Positions 37,771-50,909 of a DNA stretch of 64,000 nucleotides are shown here, piece by piece. Each line of letters starts with the position of its first letter. Position 1 is the stretch's first letter. Below the pieces are notes generated by a model, which had not been told where the DNA came from, did not search any database, and saw only the letters and a program-made list of their open reading frames with translations. Origin of the DNA: Octopus vulgaris (taxonomy: Eukaryota). The translations under genes and the position numbers were made by a program. The DNA is taken from positions 68,014,001-68,078,000 of the forward strand of contig OX597828.1 of NCBI GenBank assembly GCA_951406725.2, in the 5' to 3' direction.

Positions 37771-39196
37771 TTAAATGTAGTGAAGAAGCCTCACCTAAGC
37801 AGTGACATTGAAGTGCTGGTTGCCATGAAAGACATCATTGAGTGACCACCAGAAATAAATACTTTAATTCAGGAAGTGATTGTCAATGACAAAAGAAGGA
37901 TTGGCAGAGGAGAATTTTCAATTACAGTTAATTGTAACTAAAAACAATTCAGAAAAATCTAGAAGCAGATTATTTTCCATGCTATAATATTCTCTAGAAA
38001 GATGTCACCACCAATTCCCTATATCCGTCTTAAGGTTTTTATGAATCATTAAAAAATATATCGTAACATTGGAGATGTAACTTGTCTGTCTTGGAAATAA
38101 CTGAGGTTGTGTGTCAACATTGAAGTAATTCCAAAATTGAAGGAATTCTATTTTAACCATTTAAAGAACACAAAAATCTGTTTAATTCAATTTTCATATA
38201 TTTTGTGACATGTCAAAATTTCCATTGTACTACCATGACCTGGTGGCCACTGGCATAGGTTTGCTGTGGAACTGTGCCAATGACCAGGTCACTGATGGCT
38301 GAAAATGGCTCTTCCTTGATGCAGAAAGTTTGGGGAGCCAGAGTGTGAGATGTATAACTTTACTTATTTCTTTACTGCCCACACGGGGCTGCACACAGAG
38401 GGGACAAACAAGGACAGACAAACGGATTAAGTCGATTGTATCGACCCCAGTGCGTAACTGGTACTTATTTAATCAACCCCGAAAGGATGAAAGGCAAAGT
38501 CGACCTCGGCGGAATTTGAACTCAGAATGTAACGGCAGATGAAATACGGCTACGAATTTCGCCCGGTGTGCTAATGTTTCTGCCAGCTCGCCGCCTGTAT
38601 AACTTTACTGTAGTATGAAATAGAAACTTAGTCCCTATATAATGGCATATAGCAGAGGGACAGCGATTTTCTTTGTTCTCCCTGGATGTGAAATGAGTAG
38701 CTCATTCCATTAACAAACTCCAGAATTCTTTAAAAAAAACAAACAAAACAGACTTCATTGGATTAAACACAAAGTGTATTTATAGTAGAACATATACGTA
38801 TGTGTCACTGCATATAAATACCAATTTTCTATGTATATTATATACACTCACACTTTATACGTACATGTATTATATACTCTCACACTATTTGCTGTGTATA
38901 CATACTGTCAACAGTTTTATATGTATATTATGTAGAAACACTGCCAGATCAGACTGGGCCTGGTGCAGCCTCCTGGCTTCCCAGACTCCAGTTGAACTGT
39001 CCAACCCATGCTAGCATGGAAAGCAGACGTTAAACGATGATGATGAATTATATACACTCACATTGTTCTTGTGTGTGTGTGGTGATTGTTGCTTATTGAC
39101 TGAAGAGGCCATCCCCTTTTAAATATCTCTCTAAACTCTGTACGATCATGCTTGAACAAACGGCAGCTTCTGCTTTGTATCCTTCCCTGCAAATAT

Positions 39197-39280
39197 GGTG
39201 ACTTTGTGATGGGCTTTCGACCAGCTCTGCACGTACATTTTCATATATTCTTATTGGCCTCTTCAGACCTCTAGTAGACC
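39197..39280 (-). ncRNA. Degenerate type I hammerhead-like motif
   Basis: GT CTGAAGA GGCCA...TGGTC GAAA GCCC ATC AC. Stem II is 5 bp; stems I and III are weak. Confidence 0.5.
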
Positions 39281-39332
39281 TACAAACTGAGTCACTAAAT
39301 GGATGTACTTTGTTTCGGTCTTGGAGGGAGTA

Positions 39333-39801
39333 TCTCTCTCTATATAAACGGCAGTTTGTCTGTCTGTGTGTCTGTCAGGTTGTACCCTCACCCTGACCAC
39401 GGCTTTCAACCGATTCTGATGAAACTTGACACACACATAGCCCAATGTCATAATTCAAAACTAACACAGCGAAAAGTTTGAAAAGTGCCCCCAGTTCTGA
39501 AAAAAATCGATAAATTCGACATGGGGTCGAGAATCTAAGCTTTTTATTTGCAACACATTTTCTGTTGTAGTTTTCGCAACTTGCAATCGATTTTCACCAA
39601 ACTCATGGTGAAGCTTAATGTTACCCTAAGAAACTTAATTCTGACGTTAGTTTTCCATGCAATACCTTGCCATCAGAAAAAATTGATAAATTGACAATAT
39701 CTTTCACAAATTGGCAGGAATTTTTTTTTAAATTCACAGCAAGCATCATGTCTGCTCCAGAGGCTCTTACATACCTGAGCAATGCCGGGCTATGCTGCTA
39801 G
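39333..39801 (+). mobile_element. Non-autonomous Helitron, both ends present
   Basis: A|TCTCTCTCTATATAAACGG 5' end; CCTGAGC-AAT-GCCGGG hairpin then CTAG|T at the 3' end; A-T target site. Confidence 0.8.
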
Positions 39802-39839
39802 TGTTCTTATATGGGTCTTGATTTTTGTCCCCTTCCATG

Positions 39840-40300
39840 TGACTGTTCATAGCTAACTAATCCAGAAGTTGATAAGAATTGGTGCTTACAGTAAACACCC
39901 ATGAATCCTCCTTCAAACTCTCTTGGCAGTTCATGCTTTCAAATAGTCTTTTAGTTTTGCATTTGGACTTCTGTTCTATTCGAATGTTTCACAACTTTTG
40001 TTGATTGTTCCAAACCACTTTTTGTCCAATGCAAGCGTTTGCCTTTATCACATCTTTATATCTCTTATATCACGGGTGTTCATTTAATGTTAGTTCATCA
40101 TAAAGTAATTACTTGAGAATCCTTGTCTCATCCATCCTAATTAGATGATCCGACTGGCATATTTCATGCAAAATAATGACTGTTTTTCAATGCTGAGTAT
40201 ATTAGTGTTTGCCAGAACAATCATGTCTTGGGTTTTTATCTGCCATTTTATCATTAGTTTGTGCCTTAAACAATCTTTCAAGTGATGCCATGTAATGGCT
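39840..40300 (-). mobile_element. Old RTE LINE C-terminal remnant
   Basis: HLIRMDETRILK*LLYDEL resembles RTE GHVxRMxDxRIPKxLLYGEL. Boundaries approximate. Confidence 0.65.
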
Positions 40301-40452
40301 CATGTTTCTGAAGAATACAGAAGACAGCTTAAAGCAACTCTCACAGATAGAAAGCTTTGTGGCAAAAGTAATTCCTCCATCCTTCCACATTCATTTTTCA
40401 AGATAGCTGAAAGCAGTGATTGCTTTTGCATTCCTTTGATGAATTTCATCAT

Positions 40453-40615
40453 CTATATATATATGTATATATATGTGTGTGTGTATATATATGTATATAT
40501 ATGTGTGTGTATATATGTATGTATATGTGTGTGTGTGTGTATATATATATGTATATATGTGTGTGTGTGTGTGTGTGCATATATGTGTGTGTGTGTGCAT
40601 ATATGTGTGTGTGTG

Positions 40616-40649
<34 letters not shown>

Positions 40650-40777
40650 TGTGTGTGTGTGTATATATGTGTGTGTGTGTGTGTATATATGTGTGTGTGT
40701 GTGTGTGTATATATGTGTGTGTGTGTATATATATGTGTGTGTGTGTGTGTATATATATATGTGTGTGTATATATATG

Positions 40778-40813
<36 letters not shown>

Positions 40814-40823
40814 TACACACACA
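40453..40823. repeat. Compound (TA)n/(TG)n microsatellite
   Basis: About 370 bp of alternating purine-pyrimidine. Similar tracts at 21598-21905, 35085-35375 and 45202-45286. Confidence 0.95.
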
Positions 40824-40824
40824 C

Positions 40825-41208
40825 GGTAGACTGTTCTTATGTTACAAGGATGTTTACAAAAGGGACATGAAGGCCTGCAACATCAATATTAGCGGTTGGG
40901 AAGCAGCTGCCAGCAACCATGGAGATTGGCGACGTACCGTAAAAGAGGGATTACAAAGGAGTGACAGAGAGAGAGAGGAGAAATGGAAAGACAAGAAAAG
41001 ACGTCAACAAGAAACTATGACATTACAACCAGCCAGGAACAGTCTTCACTACATTTGCGGTACCTGCCAGAGGGAGTGTTTGTCCAGGATAGGACTACAC
41101 AGCCACAGCAGGAAATGTATCAGGACATGAAATGTAAAAGCCGGACTAGACTATTTTATGTGCAACTCCAGTGTCTCCCGAGACAAAAAGGATGCTAACC
41201 AACCAACC

Positions 41209-41210
<2 letters not shown>
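40825..41210 (+). mobile_element. RTE LINE 3' end with C-terminal C2H2-like finger
   Basis: YKDVYKRDMKACNI...WEAAA...WRRTVKEG...YICGTCQRECLSRIGLHSHSRKC, with (AACC)n tail. Confidence 0.88.
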
Positions 41211-41240
<30 letters not shown>

Positions 41241-43497
41241 CTATATGTATATGTCTATGTATATATGTATAGATGGATGTATATATATAATTATGTTTGT
41301 ATATATAGGTATATATATGTAGGTATAGATGGATGTATATATATATGATTATGTTTGTATATATAGGTATATATATATATATATATATATATAAGTATTT
41401 GTGTATATATATATATATCTGTGAGTGTGTTTGTGTCTTTATCCGTTATCATAACTTATCTATTAGTATTGTTGTGTTTACGTACCTGTAACTTAGCACT
41501 TTGCCAAAAAGGGGCCGATCAAATAAGTGCCAGGTTTAAAACAAAACTATGGACTGGGGTTGATTTGTTCAACTAAAATTCCTCGAGAAAGTGCCCCAGT
41601 ATGGCCACAGTCTAATGAGTGAAGTAAGTAAAAGATATATATATATATATGTGTTTGTGTGTGTGTGTGTGTGTGTATCTGTGTTTATATATTCAGTGGG
41701 GTGAGGGTTGCAAATAACGTCAGAGAGCAACGAAGTGGTTTAAAATATTATTATGTCAATTATTTAACCTTTGTTTCATTAAATGTTAATAGGTCTGAGA
41801 GGTCTTTCTCTCTTAATTGGTGGACGGTGTTTGAAGTATATTTAGGTTCTGTATGGTTTTAACGAGTGCTCTTTATATACACTTGTTTTATGTGTGTTGA
41901 GGGGAGGCAGGAATGGCTGTGTGGTTGAGAAGTTCCTTTTCCAACCACAGAGTTTTGGGTTCAGTCCAATTTTGCACCAGTTTGGACAAGTGTCCAACGA
42001 AGCTGGGAGTTGGTGCCAAAAATCAGAGCAATTGTTCTCAAATGGCAGCTGAAAACTTGTGGTCAACAGTTCCTAACCTTGTTTTCATTTTCAGAAACAA
42101 ATTCTATAGCTCCAGGCCAATCGAAGTCTTATCAGTGGATTTGGCTAACAGAAATTGAAAGAAGCCCATCATATATGTGTATATAGAAAGATGTATGTGT
42201 GTATAATTATATATATATCCTCTTAACAAAGTGCTACATGCATTGACACTGTTGTCATTTTTACTGCCAACAAATCAATCCCTGAGTTTGCCCCTTTGAA
42301 GATCCCTTACTTGAAGAACAAGTAAGGACTAGCAGTGAAAAGGACATTCTGTTGTAAAACATTATATATATGGTTTTAGGGTCTCAACTCTGTTGCAGTG
42401 GGTGGTCTTCTTGAGTACAGCGAAGCAACAGAGGACGGAGATATGTGACACATTTGCTGTACTCACAAAGACTCACCCATCACAAGAGAATCAAGATCCT
42501 AAAGACCAAAGGGCCATGCGAAAAGCTCTGGTGATGGTGCCACATAAAAAGCATTCAGTTCATTCTGTAATGTGGTTGGCATTAGAAAGGGCACCCAGTC
42601 ATAGAAACCAAAGCAACACAGACGGTGGAACCTGGCGTGGCCCCAGGCCTTGCTATTTCCTGTGAAGCCATTCAACCCATGCCTGCATGGAAAAACAGAT
42701 GTTAAATGTTTGATGATGATGATGATCTATATAGGTGCAGGCGTGGCTATGTAATAAAGTTTGCCTTCCAGCCATGTAGTTCTGGGTCCAGTCCCACCAA
42801 ATGAAACCTTGGGCAAGTGTTTTCTACAATACAGTCTCAGATGAATCAAAACCTTGTGAGTAGATTTGGTAGACAGAAAACCTGAATGAAGCCTGTTGTA
42901 TATATGTGTATGTGTGTGCGTCATTGTGTCTGTACCCCACCACCACTTGACAACCTGTATTGGTTTGTTTACATCCCTGTAACTCAATGCTTCGGCAAAA
43001 AGAAACCAATAGAGCAATTAGAGGAGAAAGGGAGTGGGCACCAAACCTTTCAAGGTGATGCTCCAGCATGGCCACAGTCTAATAACTGAAAGATGGACTG
43101 TGTCAGAGTTTTGTGATCAGAAGACCAAATCCAAGAGCAAAGGAACAAATTGTCACTGAATAGTAAAATAAGATACTGCAAGATTTCAGAGGTTGCACCT
43201 GTGCCTAGTTTGGTGTGGTGACTGCTTTGATGGTGAGGGAGAAGAATGTGCAAGAGGATGGGTTGGACAGTTCTTGATAGTACCAATGCTGCTTTGCCCT
43301 TGAGGATTGTCAGTGGAGCCCTCTACTCTACAAAAGCTGGAGGTTTTATGCATCATGTAGTACACCGGTCTCAGCCAAAAAGCATTGAGGCTCCACCATT
43401 AGCCACAATGATATACTAAAAATTTATCATAGTGTCCTCTGCTCCAGCATGTGCACAAAGCCCTCTCTTGGTGCAGGACCCAACTTGAACAAATGTC

Positions 43498-43919
43498 AGA
43501 TCTTTTCGCTTTGACCGGCAGATTTTTTAAATAATTTCTTTGTAACTAAACACTTTTAAATTTCGTATACTGGTAGAATGTGTTTATAAAACATTTTTTT
43601 CTCTTGGCTTTTTAGAGAAAATTCTGTAGTTTGTAAGATATTTGTTGTTTAATTTCTTGCATTTCAGCAATTTCAACCAATCAATGACGTCTATTGAGGT
43701 GAATACAATTTCTCTGGATCTTTGTCAACAACAATTATTTGCGGTGTCATATGAATTTGTCACTATTATTTACAAATGTGTTACAAACTACAGAATTTTC
43801 TCAATAAAGCCAAGAGAAAAAGATGTTTTATAAACACATTCTACCAGTATGCGAAGTTTAAAAGTGTTTAGTTACAAAGAAATTATTTTAAAAATCTGCC
43901 GGTCAAAGCGAAAAGATGC
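43498..43919. mobile_element. Long-TIR MITE with 8-bp TSD (Merlin-like)
   Basis: About 135-bp inverted ends; TSD CAAATGTC at 43490-43497 and 43920-43927. Confidence 0.85.
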
Positions 43920-45198
43920 CAAATGTCTAAATGGCTTAAAACTGGCTCTGGTTGTAAGTTTGGTACCCAATGAGAGACTAAGTCAAAGAGTTTTCGAAAT
44001 TTTAAGCTTAAACTCTTCTTCAGAAAGTTAAATAAAAGGAAATAAAAAATGGGAGCAGCTGAGAAAAACATGTTGGTCTTTGGCAAATGAATAGGAGTGA
44101 CTGAAAGGATTGATGTTTCATGAATGCAAAAGCACATGGGATGGTAACTGTGTATAAATTATGTATGTGTGTGTATGCATGTGTAGTTTTAGTGGAAGTC
44201 ATAATGTGTGTGTGTGTGTGTGTATTTCTCAGTTCTTGTTATTTATAGTGTTAGTTTTTGTGTGTGTGTAATATCATTATCATTGTTAAGGCAGCGAGCT
44301 GGCAGAACCATTGGCCTGCCAGGCAAAATGCTTAGTGGCACTTCATTCTGATTTTCAAATTCTGTCAAGGTCGACTTTGCCTTTCATCCTGCCATAGTTA
44401 AAATAAGTACCAGTTGAACATTGGAGTCGGATGTAATTGACCTACACATTCCTCTGAAATTGCTAGCTTTGTGCCAAAATTTGAAACCAATATCATCACC
44501 ATTATTTTAAAATCCACTTTTCCATTCTTATTCTTGCAGTGGTCAGATGAATTCCTTGAGACAGATTTTCTACAGCTATTGTGCCCGTGCCGGTGACATG
44601 TAAAAGCACCATCCGTTCGTGTCCGTTGCCAGCCTCGCCTGGCCCCCGTGCCGGTGACACGTAAAAGCACCATCCGTTTCGTGGCCGTTTGCCAGCTCTG
44701 TCTGGCCCCCGTGTTGGTGGCACGTAAAAGCACCATCCGTTCGTGTCCATTGCCAGCCTCGCCTGGCCCCATGCCGGTGACACGTAAAAGCACCATCCGT
44801 TCGTGGCCGTTTGCGAGCTCTGTCTGGCACCTGTGCCGGTGGCACGTAAAAAGCACCCACTACACTCACGGAGTGGTTGGCGTTAGGAAGGGCATCCAGC
44901 CGTAGAAACACTGCCAGATCTGACTGGGCCTGATGAAGCCTTCCAGCTTCACAGACCCCAGTTGACCCGTCCAACCCATGCTAGCATGGAGAACGGACGC
45001 TAAATGATGATGATGATGATTGTCTCTTTCTGTTGTTAATTCTCATCTGCCTCTAAGGTAATATTTTACCAAGTCCTTCAAATATGAACAGTTCATTGGC
45101 AGTCGTATGTTTTCATGGAAGATAGAAAATGAATGAAAACCATTTTTGTATGAATGTCAAGTTTATTCACAGTCACCATGTGATGTCAGGAGATACAG

Positions 45199-45290
<92 letters not shown>

Positions 45291-45451
45291 GAAAAGCTTC
45301 TTTCACTTTCTATCTACCAAATTCACTCACAAGGATTTGGTTGGTCTGGGATTGTATAAGAAGCTTGTTCAAAATAGCATGCAGTGGGACTGAAACCCCC
45401 CCCCCCCAACCAAACAGTTGCACAGCAAATTTCTAACCATAGTCATGCTTT

Positions 45452-45490
<39 letters not shown>

Positions 45491-47089
45491 TCCTGTATTC
45501 ACACAGAACTACATTTTCCAGTATGTTCTTCTTCCCTTTAGGATGATACACATTGATTTGAGGGAAATTTGGCTGCTGCTTCTTGCAGGTAGACTGCTCC
45601 TGCAAAAGCTTTCCCTTCTTGATTCAGAGTAAACATTATTGTTATGTAGTCCAAGATGAGCCAAAGTCAAACAAAACTGTGATGAGAGGTGTGCCATTCA
45701 TGACAACCTATTCATTTGTATATAGGGGAATCTCTTGTTCAGGTGTGTATTGTGTTGGAGTTTTAGCTACTATTCTCAGCAGGTGAGGCAATCCTGTTTC
45801 AGCCAATGAACAATTTCCCCTATAACACTCCTCTTCCTCAAACTTTTTTGTATATTCTGTGTGGGTGGCTGAAGAAACAGGTAGAAGGGAGATTTCAGTT
45901 ACATATCAACATGATAAAAGCAGGAGTGGCTGTGTGGTAAAGTAGCTTGCTTATGAACCACATGGTTCTGGGTTCAGTTCCACTGCGTAGTACCATGGGC
46001 AAGTGTCTTCTACTATAGCCTCGGGCTGACCAAAGCCTTGTGAGTGGATCTGGAAGACGGAAACTGAAAGAAGCCCATCGTATATGTGTGTGTGTGTATG
46101 TTTGTTTGTGTGTCTGTGTTTGTCCCCCCAACATCGCTTGACAACCGATGCTGGTGTGTTTACGTCCCTGTAACTTATCGGTTCAGTAAAAGAGACCAAT
46201 AGAATAAGTACTAGGCTTACAAAGAATAAGTCCTGGGGTCGATTTGCTCGACATGGCCGCAGTCAAATGACTGAAACAAGTAAAAGAGTAAAAGCAGTAT
46301 TATTAGATTTGAGCAGGGGGTGAGAGAATTGCTACAATTAGAAATAGAATGCCTTGAATTTGTGGGTTCAAATCCTGTGGAAGCCAGCATTGTCTTTCTT
46401 CCTTCTAAGGTCAATGGAAGAAAAGACAGTAATACATTTTAGTAGATTAATAAACTGTTCCCAACAATTCTTGACCTTCAGACAATCTTCCTTATCAAAC
46501 AGACATTAAGATATTTCGTATTTTAAGGATTGGGCTTAAGAGGCTTCAGTACTATAAAGGAAGGAACATTGTGCCGTTAATTGCTGCCGGCTCTAAACAC
46601 AGGCCCACATACTCTTGAACACAGACAGACCAATTTCTAAATTTACTCTCTCGGATTAATCGCTGAAAATACTAAGGAAATGAAACCACTTCAGTCTTTA
46701 ACGTCATCAATTCCTCTCCATCTAAGTCTCAAACTCCCCCTCATTCTCTCTTTACACACACACACACACACACGTATACATAATTTATATGAGTGTATGT
46801 GTGTCTAATTATGGACATGTATATGTATGTATATATATACATATTTGTATACAAGTATATGTATATAAGTATATGTACTAGTGTCTGTATTATATGTGTG
46901 TGTGCATGTATCTATCTGTCTATCCAGCCATCCACCAACCAGCACAGCAGTTATTAAGGTCACTCCTCAACCTTGAGGTTTTAGGTTCAGTTCCACTGTA
47001 ATGCACTTTTGGCAAGTGTCTTCTACTACAGTTCCAGGTTGACCAAAGCCTTGTGAGTAGACTGGAAAATAAAAACTGAAAGAAACTTA

Positions 47090-47133
<44 letters not shown>

Positions 47134-47137
<4 letters not shown>

Positions 47138-47325
47138 GGAGAGTTTACGAAAAAAACAAAAGACAAAGACAGGTGGTGTACAAAACAAACAGATGTATTA
47201 GTATAATGCTTAGGAATAGGAAAAGTCTTTTACATTTCGAGCCTACGCTCTTCTACAGAAAGGGACACGAAAAAAACAAGGAGAGAAAAAAGTGTGTAGA
47301 GGCTAGTGATCTATCATGGCGACAC
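47134..47325 (-). mobile_element. (TA)n-embedded repeat with variant hammerhead (copy 3)
   Basis: Motif at 47227-47262: CTTT CTGTAGA A GAGC GTAG GCTC GAAA TGT A AAAG. Confidence 0.7.
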
Positions 47326-50300
47326 ACACATATATATATCATCATTTAATGTCTGTTTTCCATGCTGGCATGATTTGACAGTTTGTCAGGAGCTGACCAG
47401 CTGAAGGGCTAAAGGGCTCCCTGTCTGTTTAAGCATGGTTTCTATGACTGGATCGTTACCAGTGTCGCCTTACTGGCACGTGAAAAAACATTCAAGCAAG
47501 GTTGTTGCCAGTGCTGCTGGACTGGCTCCTGTGCAGGTGTCACATAAAAAGCATCATTTGAGTGTAGCTGTTTGCCAGTACTGCCTGACTGGCCCTCAAA
47601 CCGGTGGCACATAAATGCAGCCACTATACTCTCGGAGTAGTTGGCGTTAGGAAGGGCATCCAGCTGTAGAAACTCTGCCAGATCAAGATTGAAGCCTGGT
47701 GCAGCCATCTGGTTCGCCAGTACTGTCAGACCATCCAACCCATGCTATCATGGAAAGCAGACGTTAAACGGTGATGATGATGATGATGATGATGATTTAA
47801 TATTGCATATAGCAAATAACTGTGTAGATATTATCTAAATGTATGTGAACATATATAGGTACATGTCATACATATAACTACATATAGAAAACATGTGTAA
47901 TACGAAGATAGAGCCTGACCTAGAACTGTTTTTAATCTTCAGCTTTGATTTTTAATTTTGTTATATCTCTGAAAATTAAATATCTTCTCCTTAACCCCCT
48001 CTCCCCACCTTGTTACCTCTAACTAATGGGGAAAACCATTTTGTGGTTACTCAACATGATAGTGGTAGCAACCAAATCTTCCTCAAATCACACTCTAATC
48101 GTCATCGTTTAATGTCCGTTTTCCATGCTAGCATGGGTTGGACGATTTTGACTGAGGGCTGGCGAACCAGATGGCTGCACCAGGCTTCAATCTTGATCTG
48201 GCAGAGTTTCTACAGCTGGATGCCCTTCTTAACGCCAACCACTCCGAGAGTGTAGTGGGTGCTTTTACGTGCCACTGGCATGGGGCCAGTTTGGTGGTAC
48301 TGGCAACGACCTCATTCGAATTTTTTTACACATGCCAGTAAGGTGATGCTGGTTATGATCACGCTCGAATGTTGCCTTTTATGTGCCACTGGCACGGAAG
48401 CCGGTTAGCCACTCTGGCAACAATCACGCTCGGATGGTGCTCTAATGTCTCAAAAAGATATTTTGAGATACATTTGATAATCCAGTTTTATATATGACAT
48501 TATTAATTTTGCATCCACTTTCCATACTGACGTGGGTTTGCAGTGTCATGGTCGTAGTCCTTTATTGGAAGCCATTTCTCTTATAGACTGGCACTCATTC
48601 ATTTTATGCTTGGTTTCTTCGACTGTGTCCTTCCTACCACCAACCATTTTACAGTGTGTGCTGAGTGCATTTTACTATGGTACCACAAGACAAGATTCAG
48701 GAGACCACCCACCTTTGTTTTCTCCATGGCTGTGTGGTGAGAAGCTTGCTTCCCAACCACATGGTTCTGGGTTCAGTCCCACTGTGTGCACCTTGGGGTC
48801 TCTTCTGCTATAGCCTTGGGCTGACCCCAAAGCCTTGTGAGTAGTTTTGGCAGTTGGAAACTGAAAGAAGCCCATCGTGTATGTGTGTGTGGGTGTCTTT
48901 GTCCCCCCTCATTGCTTGATAACCAGTGTTGGTGCGTTTATGCTCCCGTAGCTTAGCAGTTCAACAAAAGAGACTGATAGAATAAGTACTAGGCTTAAAA
49001 TAATAAGTCCTGGGGTCGATTTGTTTGACTAAAAACCCTTCAAGACAGTGCTCCCACATGGCCACAGTCAAATGACTGAAACAAGTTAATAAATAAATGA
49101 ATACCCGCCAGTCACTCTAGAGGGTACACCAGGTGCATTTTGCTAGGGCACCAGCACAGGGTTCACTTTGTATAAACAGGGCAAAGCGTATTCACTGTTC
49201 TGAGATGTATACATTTGTTGAAGGCAATATGACCAAGGAGGGGAATGAAAGAGAATCATGACAGCTGAACAAGGATGGGTGGGTGAGGAGAGTGGGGATA
49301 TGATGGCAGCAACACAGTGATTGGGGGTGAAAAAGAAAATCTGCAGCAATCTCAGTCCCATGAGTATCAGATAATGGATTTTCAACTGTGTAAAGAAACT
49401 AATTGTGGTGATCATAGTTTTGATGGTGATTGTGGTGAAAGCAGAGAGTGTTGATGATGATGGTGATCGAGATAAGTATGGGAGGAGGTTATGTTTTTGC
49501 CAGTATTGGTTTGGGAAATTGGGCGATTTTCAGCATGTGTGTATATGGGTGGAAATGAGCTGCTTGGCGGAGGTCTGCGCTCTCCGAGTGCTTTTCTAGT
49601 TCCAAAAGCATTTGATCGACCTCAATGTGAATGTTTTGATGAAATGGTAATGTTGTGTAGTTCTTGCAGAATCTGGCTGGACGGAGACCTTATATTTGTA
49701 TTGTCAAAAATAAAATGGGTCAAGTTTGCCTTTCATCTTCTTGTGGGGGTCAATAAAACAAATGACAGCTGATGATATTAAATAAATCCTTCCCCCAACT
49801 TTCAAGGTTAATGTGGGGCTGAGCACCCATTTGTTCTGGGATATGTGGCTCATTTCCCCCCTCCATCTTCCACTGTTTTACCCCCATCCCCACTTTTTCA
49901 TTTCCTTTCTCATCTCCCTTCTTTCCTGTAACTTCATTGCTCTTCTGTAAGTTATCTTGAAGTTTCCTACAACTGAATAAAACCTTTGACTATTATTAAA
50001 AAATGGTGGACAGTGGAGTAGCAGAATCATCACAGCAGTGGACAAAATGTTTTGCAGGATTTAGTTACAGCTCTTGACATTCAGAGTTCAAATCCTACAA
50101 AGACCAACTTTACCTTTCATCCCTCTGGGGATGATGAAGTAAAGGGCAACAGCCTCCCTAATTCCAGGCCTTGTGATTATGCTTGAAACAATTGTTGTTA
50201 ATATGAATCGGAGTGGTTGGCGTTAGGAAGGGCATCCAGCTGTAGAAACACTGCCAGATCAGACTGGGCCTGGTGCAGCCTCCTGGCTTCCCAGACCCCG

Positions 50301-50869
50301 GTCGAACCGTCCAACCCATGCTAGCATGGAAAATGGACGTTAAACGATGATGATGTAATGCTAGAAATTTAATGTAAAGCAATATTGTGGTGGCAGTGGA
50401 AGCAGCAGGGAGTTAGCAATTATAGGGGCATGTCAGAGATTACAAGGATCAAATATGTTCCTGATTTTAGGTACGAAAAATGAGGAGAGAAGCTACATTA
50501 TATTTAAAGTGACATTGTATTTAAATATGGTGAGAGACTGTTAATGTTGTGTAATTATACATAAAATAATATATAGCATTGTATACAAGGTGGTGGTAGT
50601 GGTGGAGAAATGGGGTTGAGAGACTGGTAAAGTAAGAGGGCAGTGTAGAAAAATGTTTACAAAACATTCATTTAAACAAATACAGTGTTACCAAATGGCT
50701 GTCATACGTGTTCTGTAGTTCAGCTAGGGGGTACTAGGTGGAATGAAGTTTTAAAGTTAATATGAAATAGATATTACAGTGGTTTTTCCCACAATATACA
50801 AGCCTTGCAGATTTTAATCATATTGTTTACATTTTAATATTGTTTTGTCATTTCTCTAGAAACATACTG

Positions 50870-50909
<40 letters not shown>

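Noticed and set aside
40295-40830. Long ORFs rich in YI/CV/HT dipeptides (also at about 7.8, 13.7, 15.1, 17.6, 21.7, 35.1 and 45.2 kb)
   Set aside because: They are translations of dinucleotide microsatellites.
44578-44860. CRISPR-like array of palindromic repeats
   Set aside because: The intervening segments are homologous to each other, the array lies in a LINE 3' UTR in eukaryotic DNA, and there are no cas genes.
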